Below are positions 24,757 to 32,000 of a stretch of DNA of 32,000 nt, piece by piece; position 1 is the first letter of the stretch, and each line of letters begins with the position of its first letter. Location of the stretch: positions 1,590,001-1,622,000 of the forward strand of contig OW818675.1 in the NCBI GenBank assembly GCA_942493095.1, written 5' to 3'. The translations under genes were made by a program, and so were the position numbers. The stretch comes from Candidatus Electronema halotolerans (GTDB lineage Bacteria > Desulfobacterota > Desulfobulbia > Desulfobulbales > Desulfobulbaceae). The notes below the pieces were generated by a model that had not been told where the DNA came from, did not search any database, and saw nothing but the letters and a program-made list of their open reading frames with translations.

Positions 24757-26250
24757 GGCACGGATGTCCGCCGGGTCTTTGGGCAGCCAGCGCAGGCCGC
24801 CCTTGAAGCCGTGACATCTGACCACATAGAGCGTCTGCACCGCCTCTTTGCCAAACCACGGCGAGCTGCGGTGCAGGATGATCTCCTCCTCCCGCCCCAC
24901 CTCGGCAAAGACTTGCCGCAGGTGAACAGCCATGCCTTTGTGCTCATAAACCCCGACTGCGTCCATGCCCAGCAGCTGGGCATCCTCAAACCAGAAGTCA
25001 TAGACATTGGGCCGCGACCAACGGTTGATCGACACAGTGCGGGGCTGGCCGGGCAGGTAGAAGGCCAGCTCGCTGGCGAACTGATAGCGCAGGCCAAAGA
25101 CAAAGGTCTGGCCGGGCTGCCGCATGTTGCTGCGGATGCGCGCCACAGTCCGAGCCAGCTCATCCCAGCCCTTGGTCTCGTGCGCGGTGCGATCCCACTT
25201 GACGGGAACTGGCAGGACAGGATAGAGGACTTGCAGCATCACGGCTGCGGACATGACGGCGGCCAGGCTGAGGCCGAAATTCCACCAGCGGCGGCCTGCG
25301 TAAATGGCGGCGGCCAGCGGCAGGCAGGCCAGATAGACTGGGGCAGGCCAGTTGCCGTAGATGCGGACATGCAGGGCCAGCAGACTGAAGATCATGAAGC
25401 CGGGCAGGGAAAGCCAGAGGAGGAAGTGTTCTTTCTCCCCCTTGCCCCAACCGCGCAGCCAGGCGGCAGCAATGAGGCAAAAGAGCACTGGCGAGAGCAG
25501 TCCGGCCTGACTGCCGAGGAATTCCGGCAGATAGTTCCACGTAAGAAGCGCGCCGCTGTTGGCCCCGCCTTGGAAGAGGACATGCCGGAATGTCACCCAG
25601 TTGTGGCGCGCATTCCAGATGATGACCGGAATGAAGAGCGACAGTCCGGCCAGCAGACCCAGCCACGGTTTCCAGCTCAGGAGCTGCTTGCGGTATGAAC
25701 CGTTAAACAGCAGGGCGCAGAAAAGCAGAAGCGGAAAGAGCGCCATTGTGTATTTGGAGAGCAAACCAAGGCCGAAGCAGAGGCCGGTCAGGAGCCAGTG
25801 CCGAAGCCTGTCCTCTTCAGCGGCAATGGCGGCGTAATAGCAGGCTGCGGCCCAGCAGGGCAGGAGCAGGCCGTCCGGGGTGGCAATCAGAGCTGCGCCG
25901 TTGAATAAGAGGATGAACTGGCTGGCAAGGGCTGTGTGCAGGGCTGTGCGCCATGAAAACCAGCGGGCTGCGAGCAGGCAGAGATAGACTGAGGCTGCGC
26001 TGATACCAAGGATGGTCGGCAGGCGGACGGCAAACTCAGTCTGACCAAAAAGCTGCGCAGCCAGCCAGATCGTCCACGCGATCATGGGCGGGTGGTCATA
26101 GTAGCCGATGTCGAGATAACGGCTCCACTGCCAGTAGTTGGCCTCGTCCGGGGTGAGAAGGAAGCAGCCGCTGATCAGCAGGCGCAGGGCCAAGGCGGCG
26201 GCAAGAATCAGCCAAGTCAGGCGGCGGGCGGCGTTCTCGTTCTCAGGCAT
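24751..26250 (-). CDS. glycosyltransferase family 39 protein (ArnT / PMT-like membrane glycosyltransferase)
   Basis: It is a polytopic membrane protein with the N-terminal loop motif TPDEANYWQWSRYLDIGYYDHPPMIAW typical of GT39/ArnT-like enzymes. The preferred start is ATG 26248-26250, which overlaps the upstream stop (ATGCCTGA). The ORF-track start at 26307 is a TTG. Confidence 0.8.
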   Translation of the reverse strand: MPENENAARRLTWLILAAALALRLLISGCFLLTPDEANYWQWSRYLDIGYYDHPPMIAWTIWLAAQLFGQTEFAVRLPTILGISAASVYLCLLAARWFSWRTALHTALASQFILLFNGAALIATPDGLLLPCWAAACYYAAIAAEEDRLRHWLLTGLCFGLGLLSKYTMALFPLLLFCALLFNGSYRKQLLSWKPWLGLLAGLSLFIPVIIWNARHNWVTFRHVLFQGGANSGALLTWNYLPEFLGSQAGLLSPVLFCLIAAAWLRGWGKGEKEHFLLWLSLPGFMIFSLLALHVRIYGNWPAPVYLACLPLAAAIYAGRRWWNFGLSLAAVMSAAVMLQVLYPVLPVPVKWDRTAHETKGWDELARTVARIRSNMRQPGQTFVFGLRYQFASELAFYLPGQPRTVSINRWSRPNVYDFWFEDAQLLGMDAVGVYEHKGMAVHLRQVFAEVGREEEIILHRSSPWFGKEAVQTLYVVRCHGFKGGLRWLPKDPADIRAL

Positions 26251-27010
26251 GAGACTGCACCGGCTCCAGCTCAATCGCTCCCCAAGCACCGAGACAATCA
26301 CCAGCAATCACCAGCACTCCTGCCAGCCCGGCAATGGTCTTGGCAATCTCGACAGCCTTGTTGACGCTGTGCTGCTTTTGACTGCGCACCTCATTGCCTA
26401 TACGAGTGGCGGCGGCATCGGCCAAGGCGGTTGAGGCGGCCAGCACGACCACGGCATCCGCAACCCCGAAGCTGAGAGAATGGCCGACTGTGCCGGAGGA
26501 GCAGCAGATGCCGCAGGGCAGCTGCTCAGGCTGGAGGCGGATGCCCAAGGTGCCGCTGAACGGCGAGGCCCCGGCTTGAACCGCAATCAGGCAGGGCTGG
26601 GTTCTGGCGGCAAAGATGTCACCGCCGTTCTCAACAATGACCTCTTGCAGGCCGTGCGCCAGCAGCTTGCGCCCGACCTGCTCGGCAACTGTTCCGGCCA
26701 CTGCCGCCATTGGTCCGACTCCGGCCAATATCCCGGCTTCCAGCATGGCCTGCACTGGCTCCGGCGCACGGCTGTCCGCAGGCAGCGGGGTCAAGCTGCT
26801 GAGAAAGTGCGGCTGCTGGCGGATGTAGGCTTCAATCTCCGTCCGCACTTCGGTCACGGCCAGAAGAGCGAGGTCGCCGACCGGCTCTGAAGTCAGAATA
26901 TGCAGGTCTGTTTCCGCCACCTTGACCGTGGCGGCCAGCAAGTCGGAACCATGCTGACAGCGGTAGCTCCGCTCCTGATAGGCCAGCGGCTCTTTTTTTC
27001 TGCTCACCAC
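26243..27010 (-). CDS. UPF0280 family protein (ApbE-like superfamily, COG2122-type)
   Basis: 255 aa. The motifs ETDLHI, GVGPMAAVAGTVAEQVG and EVIVENGGDIF match what I recall for UPF0280/ApbE-like proteins. The GTG start at 27008-27010 overlaps the upstream stop (GTGGTGA). Confidence 0.7.
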   Translation of the reverse strand: MVSRKKEPLAYQERSYRCQHGSDLLAATVKVAETDLHILTSEPVGDLALLAVTEVRTEIEAYIRQQPHFLSSLTPLPADSRAPEPVQAMLEAGILAGVGPMAAVAGTVAEQVGRKLLAHGLQEVIVENGGDIFAARTQPCLIAVQAGASPFSGTLGIRLQPEQLPCGICCSSGTVGHSLSFGVADAVVVLAASTALADAAATRIGNEVRSQKQHSVNKAVEIAKTIAGLAGVLVIAGDCLGAWGAIELEPVQSHA

Positions 27011-29442
27011 AAGTTGTCGGTTGCCTCCACGCTCGGTAGAGGCAGGCCCTGCCGCAGCAGGTCTTCGTCAAGAATCTTGTGGAGAATCGCGGTCAGGCAG
27101 CCGGGCTGGAGATAATCCTGGCCCCGGCCTTTGGAGAAGATGAAGGCCGTCTTCTTGGCCATGTCCTCCCAGGTCATGCTGGAGGGGTTCTTGGCGACAA
27201 TCTCAAAAAAATAGAGATTGTACGGGTCGTTGATCATGGCCATGCCCGTGCCGATGGTGGCAAGGATGTCAACATGGCCAAGGAACATCCGGTTCAGCTT
27301 AGTATAGACCTTGACCCCGCCGCAGGAGCCAAGGCTGAGGAAATGCTCGCGGGCGGTCAGCTCCTGATCAGAAATCTGCTTGCTCTCTCTGAGCTTGAGG
27401 ATTGGATCAATAAGCTGCTCAGTGCGCCAGTAGGAATGGCCGCGCTGGGCAAACATCTCATCCCCGCTCTGGAGGAAGCGGAGCATGACCCGCTGCTGGC
27501 TCTCCTCATTCCGATAGACATGCACGGAATGGCGGATGGTCAGACCATTGACTTTTTTGACAAAGGCGGCGGAAAACGGCTCCGTGCTCATGGCCTTGAA
27601 GAGCGCGCTGTAGCCTGACCGCTTGATGATGCTGGCAAAACGCTGCTTCGCCGCCGCATCAGGAGCAAAGGTATATGGCTCGGACAGGACCAGCTTGTAG
27701 CCGTTCTTGGCCAAGGTGTTGGCATTGGAGACAAAAGAGCTGTGGCCGTCATCATCAGGATGAAAGATGGAGAGCGAGCCGAGCTGGCCGTCCTGCTTCC
27801 ACTGGGCAAAGGGGGTGAGCAGATAGCGGTTCAGATCAATGGCTCCGTTGCGGGCCACGGTGCGCCGGATCAGCTCAGTTGACCGGGAACTGAGCAGGTC
27901 AGGATACTCCTCCAAATAATACTGCAAAATAACCGTGATCAGCTTAGTGAAGCTGCTTGTGCCGCTGTCTGCGGCCACCATCCGCTGGATCAGATAATCT
28001 CTCGACGCAGGTTCGAGCACGGTGAGCAGGTAGCGGAAGGTGGCGGAAAAAAGGAGGATCGAGTCCTCATCTTTGAAGGCCGAGCTGGCCACCAATTCAA
28101 GAATTTTCTCCTGCTCCCGCGCATCTGCCGGGAAAAAGGTGGTCAGCTTGCCTTTCTGAGCCAGACTGACAATGAAGCTGGAGACTAAGAGGTTGGCCGG
28201 ATCCGTGGCCCGGAGAAAAACGAGCAGGTTATCCTGATGGCTGCGGTCGATGCGCCGTTTGAGAATCGGCACCAGAATGTCCCGGAACGAGGAGTCATAC
28301 AGCTCGCTGCCCAAGGAGAGCAGGGCATAGATGTTGGCTGAGGTCAGGTCTTCCGAGACTTGGGTGCGGTCAGCGGTGGTGGCCCGCCGCAGGACGCTGA
28401 TCACGCCGCCCTTCTTGCGGGCAGCACCGAACTGGCTGCCGTATTTGGCTCTGGTCGTGGCCGAGAGCTGGTCAAACAGCTCCTGTAGCTGGTCGGAATT
28501 CATGCTTTGCAGTTTGGCTTGGGAATACTCAATGCCGTATTCGTTGGTCACAGCATGAAGATTGTTGATCCGCCAGACAATCTCTTCGCCAGCCTGATGA
28601 AAGGCATCAAGCAGGGCGGTGCGGTTGATCTCGCTCATGGCATAAAATTGTGCTTCCTGCACGGACAGGGGCTGGGTGAAATAGCGGATCAGCCACGTCC
28701 AGGCTGTGTGCCGGTCCGGATTCTTCCGCCGGATGAAAAACTGCATGTTCCAGGCATCATCTTCCCGCAGCTTGCGGAAGAGCGGCAGGGCTTCAAGGGC
28801 AGTGACCGGGGTCATGTCCGGGATGGCGGCAAAGGCGGCGCAGACCCAAGCCTGCTTCCGGCTGAACTTCTGCACTGTGCCCAAGCTGTTCAGGCCTTGC
28901 CGGACATCCATGCCCTGAACCGCGAACAGGCTCCGCGCTGCCAGACTGCTGGCCCGGTCCATGGATTGCAGCAGGGGCAGCAGGCGCAGGGCCAAGGCCG
29001 CATCCATGCCGTTCATGCTGATGCAGGCCCGGAAGGTCTTGAGCGCGTCCCGGTTCATTTCCCGAAGCAAAGGCAGAGCCTTGGCTCCCTGCGGCATGGT
29101 GGCTCCGCTCAGGTCAGCCCATTGCTCAAAAGCAAGGACCTGCTCAAAGTTGAGCGGCTTCTCCGCCAAGCCTGACCAGACCGGCATGGCCCGGACAAAG
29201 CTGGCTCCAGGCAGCAGACTGAGCTTGCGCACCAACCGCTGGCCGTTGTATTCCATGCCTTGCAGCACCTTGCCTGCCCGCTCCAGATTTTGCGGAGTCA
29301 GTCCCGGCATTTGCGAGATGGTGACCAGCGTCCGCCGCAGGACCACATCATTGGTGTCGAGCACCGAGGCCGCCAAGACGTGTCCGGGCAGAAGAATGAG
29401 CAGGAGCAGAATAATCGGGCGCAGCCAACTGAATCGCAGCAT
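27004..29442 (-). CDS. large secreted protein of unknown function (812 aa); the C-terminal domain has a putative His/Cys dyad
   Basis: ATG at 29440-29442, 21 nt after the rodA stop. The signal peptide is MLRFSWLRPIILLLLILLPGHVLAAS. The N-terminal region has helical repeats (ALPLLREMN, ALRLLPLLQSMD, ALEALPLFRKLR). I recognise no family. The C-terminal part contains FAQRGHSYW and FLSLGSCGG. Confidence 0.75.
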   Translation of the reverse strand: MLRFSWLRPIILLLLILLPGHVLAASVLDTNDVVLRRTLVTISQMPGLTPQNLERAGKVLQGMEYNGQRLVRKLSLLPGASFVRAMPVWSGLAEKPLNFEQVLAFEQWADLSGATMPQGAKALPLLREMNRDALKTFRACISMNGMDAALALRLLPLLQSMDRASSLAARSLFAVQGMDVRQGLNSLGTVQKFSRKQAWVCAAFAAIPDMTPVTALEALPLFRKLREDDAWNMQFFIRRKNPDRHTAWTWLIRYFTQPLSVQEAQFYAMSEINRTALLDAFHQAGEEIVWRINNLHAVTNEYGIEYSQAKLQSMNSDQLQELFDQLSATTRAKYGSQFGAARKKGGVISVLRRATTADRTQVSEDLTSANIYALLSLGSELYDSSFRDILVPILKRRIDRSHQDNLLVFLRATDPANLLVSSFIVSLAQKGKLTTFFPADAREQEKILELVASSAFKDEDSILLFSATFRYLLTVLEPASRDYLIQRMVAADSGTSSFTKLITVILQYYLEEYPDLLSSRSTELIRRTVARNGAIDLNRYLLTPFAQWKQDGQLGSLSIFHPDDDGHSSFVSNANTLAKNGYKLVLSEPYTFAPDAAAKQRFASIIKRSGYSALFKAMSTEPFSAAFVKKVNGLTIRHSVHVYRNEESQQRVMLRFLQSGDEMFAQRGHSYWRTEQLIDPILKLRESKQISDQELTAREHFLSLGSCGGVKVYTKLNRMFLGHVDILATIGTGMAMINDPYNLYFFEIVAKNPSSMTWEDMAKKTAFIFSKGRGQDYLQPGCLTAILHKILDEDLLRQGLPLPSVEATDNLW

Positions 29443-29463
29443 GACAAAAAGCGGAAGTGAATA

Positions 29464-30576
29464 TTATCGTTTATGAAAACGGCGGATATGAATGTTCATG
29501 AGAATGCCGATGGCCGCCAAGGTGGTCAGCAGCGAGGAGCCGCCGTAACTGAAGAGCGGCAGGGGAATGCCGACCACCGGCAGCATGCCCGTAATCATGA
29601 AAAGATTGATCACCGCCTGCCAGAAAATCAGCATCACCAAGCCAAAGGCGAGAAAAACCCCGAACTTATCGCGGGCGGACAGGGCGATGTTGATGCCCCA
29701 GAGGAGAAGAAAAAAATAGCAGGTGAGAAAGAAGACCGAGCCGACAAAGCCCAGTTCCTCGCACCAGACGGCAAAGGCAAAGTCTGTGTGCCGCTCTGGG
29801 AGGAAATTGAGATGCCCTTGCGTGCCTTCAAGAAAGCCCTTGCCAAAAATCTGGCCGCTGCCCACCGCGATCTTGGACTGCTTGATCTGATAGCCGTGGT
29901 TCATCGGGTCAGCTTCCGGGTTGAGAAAGGTCTCAATCCGGCGGCGCTGATAGGGTTTGAGGGCATATTTCCAGCCCAGCCAGGCGCAGCCGAGTCCGGC
30001 CAGTCCCAAAGTGCTCATGGTTGACCAGCGCAGCCGGGCAAAAAGGGTCATGGAGACAAAAAGAATGCCCAGCATCAGGGCGGTGCCCAAGTCCGGCTGA
30101 ATCAAAATCAGAATAAAGGGCACTGCGGTCAGCGCGCCGGGCCGGATCAAGTCCTTGAGCTGATGCCCTTTCACCGGGCTTTCCCGGCGGGCGTAGCAGC
30201 TCGCCAAAACCAAGACCAGCACCAATTTGGCCGGTTCCGAGGGCTGGAGGTTGAAAAAGCCAAGGTCAATCCAGCGCTGCGTCCCGGCCACAGTTTTGAC
30301 AAACAGCTTGGTGTAGATCAGGAGCAGACAGACTGCGCCGTAGCCAAGATAGGCGAACAGCTCCAGCTCGCTGTAGTCAATATTGACGAGCAGGACTATG
30401 AGGGCATAGCCGATGAGAAAAAAATAGAGCTGCTTGAAAAAGAGCGGCGAGGGCGAGGGGCTGCCGTTCCATGTGGCGCTGAACAGGCTGGCCAAGGACA
30501 TGATGGAGACCAAGGTCAGGGCCAGCATCAGCACCCAGTCGAAATTGTGGATCAGACGGCGGTCAAAGTGCGGCAT
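29464..30576 (-). CDS. rodA: rod shape-determining protein RodA (SEDS peptidoglycan polymerase)
   Basis: It is a polytopic SEDS protein with QPSEPAKL, LIQPDLGTA, LPERHTDFAFA and PLPLFSYGGSS motifs. The start is taken as ATG 30574-30576 (MPHFDRRL…). The ORF-track start at 30588 is a TTG four codons upstream. Confidence 0.9.
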   Translation of the reverse strand: MPHFDRRLIHNFDWVLMLALTLVSIMSLASLFSATWNGSPSPSPLFFKQLYFFLIGYALIVLLVNIDYSELELFAYLGYGAVCLLLIYTKLFVKTVAGTQRWIDLGFFNLQPSEPAKLVLVLVLASCYARRESPVKGHQLKDLIRPGALTAVPFILILIQPDLGTALMLGILFVSMTLFARLRWSTMSTLGLAGLGCAWLGWKYALKPYQRRRIETFLNPEADPMNHGYQIKQSKIAVGSGQIFGKGFLEGTQGHLNFLPERHTDFAFAVWCEELGFVGSVFFLTCYFFLLLWGINIALSARDKFGVFLAFGLVMLIFWQAVINLFMITGMLPVVGIPLPLFSYGGSSLLTTLAAIGILMNIHIRRFHKR

Positions 30577-30597
30577 GAAGCTCGACAAATCAAAATG

Positions 30598-32000
30598 TTA
30601 ATCTTGGCCCGAGTCTGCGGTCCCGGCTGCTTGGTCATCTTCCTTGTCAGAGGGATCCAGCCGGTCGGCAAAATATTTTTTCAGAATTGCCTTGGCAATT
30701 GGCGCGGCAGCCGAGCCGCCATGCAGACCGTGCTCGACCAGCACTGTGACTGCGATCTCCGGCTGTTCTGCGGGAGCAAAGCAGGTGAACCAGGCATGAT
30801 CCCGGTACTTGTAGGGAATATCTTCTTCTTTCAGATGCTTGTACTGCTTGAGACGGACCACTTGCGCAGTGCCGGTCTTGCCGGCCACCGTGATGCCCTT
30901 GAGCTGCGCCCGGCGGGCAGTGCCGTGCCGTCCGTTCACCGCCTCAATCAGCCCATCCTTGATGATTTTAAAGTTACGGTCCTGTCCTTCAAAATGATCC
31001 AGCATGACCGGCTGAAACCGTTCAATGACGTGTCCATCAGGATCGTGCACGGTTTCAATCATCCCAGGCTTGTACAGAATGCCGCCATTGGCCACTGCCG
31101 CTGTCATCATGGTGAGCTGGAGCGGGGTCACCAAGTTGAAGCCCTGGCCAATGGCCACGGACAGGGTCTCGCCGTCCTGCCACGGCTTGCCATACCGGGC
31201 CATCTTCCAATCCGAGGTGGGAATCAGGCCCGCCTTTTCGTGCTCCATCTCCACGCCGGTCTTGCGGCCCAGCCCCAGATGCCGGGCATACTTTGCCAGC
31301 CGGTTCACCCCCAGCCGCTGGCCGACATGATAAAAATAAACATCACAGGATTCAGACAGGGCGCGCTTCAAATTCACAGACCCGTGTCCGCCCCGTTTCC
31401 AGCAGCGGTAGCGGCGGTTGCCAAAGCGGTATGAGCCAGGGCAGTAAATAATGTTCTCTGGGGTGATGATGCCTTCGGCCAGGCCGGCCAGCGCCGTCAC
31501 AGTTTTGTAGGTGGAAGCCGGAGGATACTGCCCCTGCACGGTCTTGTTGATCAGCGGATGTTTGAGATTGTTGAGCATGGCCTGCCAGTTCTTCTGCGAG
31601 ATGCCGCCGAGGAACTGGCTCAGATCCAGCACCGGCGAGCTGGCCACCACCAGCAGGCGGCCTGTGTTGACCTCCACCGCCACCACAGCCCCGGCCTTGT
31701 CCTCTTCCTCCATAAGTTTTTCGGCGGTCTGCTGCAAATCCACGTCAAGCGTCAGCTGCAGGTCATTGCCAGGCAGCGGCTTCACCCCTTTCAGGTTGCG
31801 CTGCTCAAAGCCGAGCGCGTTGACCTCCATGTAATGCCGCCCCTTCTCGCCGCGCAGATCCTTTTCCCGCAGTTTTTCCAAGCCCATCTTGCCGATCAGG
31901 TCGCCGGCCCGATAGACACCCGGTTCCGCCGCATTCAGCTCCTCCCGGCTGATCTCGCCCAGATAGCCGATGACGTGCGAGGCCAGATTGCCGTAATGAT
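30598..32000 (-). CDS. mrdA: penicillin-binding protein 2 (elongasome transpeptidase), 5'-partial at the window edge
   Basis: The transpeptidase motifs are present: STYK (PPASTYKTV), SxD/N (SESCDVYF) and KTG (GKTGTAQV). The frame stays open upstream of the listed Met to position 32000 (…HYGNLASHVIGYLGEISREELNAAEPGVYRAGDLIGKMGLEK…), so the true start lies outside the window. Confidence 0.9.
   Translation of the reverse strand, partial: HYGNLASHVIGYLGEISREELNAAEPGVYRAGDLIGKMGLEKLREKDLRGEKGRHYMEVNALGFEQRNLKGVKPLPGNDLQLTLDVDLQQTAEKLMEEEDKAGAVVAVEVNTGRLLVVASSPVLDLSQFLGGISQKNWQAMLNNLKHPLINKTVQGQYPPASTYKTVTALAGLAEGIITPENIIYCPGSYRFGNRRYRCWKRGGHGSVNLKRALSESCDVYFYHVGQRLGVNRLAKYARHLGLGRKTGVEMEHEKAGLIPTSDWKMARYGKPWQDGETLSVAIGQGFNLVTPLQLTMMTAAVANGGILYKPGMIETVHDPDGHVIERFQPVMLDHFEGQDRNFKIIKDGLIEAVNGRHGTARRAQLKGITVAGKTGTAQVVRLKQYKHLKEEDIPYKYRDHAWFTCFAPAEQPEIAVTVLVEHGLHGGSAAAPIAKAILKKYFADRLDPSDKEDDQAAGTADSGQD

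Overview
This is a GC-rich bacterial chromosomal window. The gene content (GAF/sigma-54 activator, PAS-rich hybrid kinases, NapH-like polyferredoxin) is reminiscent of anaerobic Desulfobacterota-type genomes, but taxonomy cannot be established from this sequence alone. Contents from left to right: (1) The end of a lower-GC accessory segment holds a four-helix-bundle gene and a type I R-M specificity gene hsdS, with no hsdM in view. CTTCACC-type heptamer arrays lie on both sides of hsdS. (2) sbcC sits directly behind a tricorn-like S41 protease, with no sbcD. (3) A translationally coupled pair of hybrid histidine kinase / response regulator genes follows. (4) Next are a LysR regulator and nadB. 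(5) A hidden 49-aa CXXC membrane peptide, a NapH-like 4Fe-4S membrane protein and a secreted double-SH3b protein form one apparent operon. (6) Two tRNA-Ser genes follow. (7) A GAF/sigma-54 activator has its last 170 bp repeated 2.8 kb downstream. The two copies bracket an AT-rich, heavily decayed island. The island holds a PHP-domain gene fragment that is split by a 352-bp MITE and truncated by an IS630 element, and that IS630 abuts an inverted partial copy of itself. (8) A small orphan ORF follows. (9) A tightly coupled minus-strand cluster runs mrdA, rodA, an 812-aa secreted protein, a UPF0280/ApbE-like protein and a GT39 glycosyltransferase. I saw no rRNA, CRISPR array, integrase or reverse transcriptase. 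The best candidates for something undescribed are the elongasome-linked three-gene module (its large protein has a caspase-like His/Cys dyad), the CXXC-peptide/polyferredoxin/SH3 operon, and the decayed island carrying a PHP-domain gene remnant. All family assignments come from my own motif recognition; no database search was possible.
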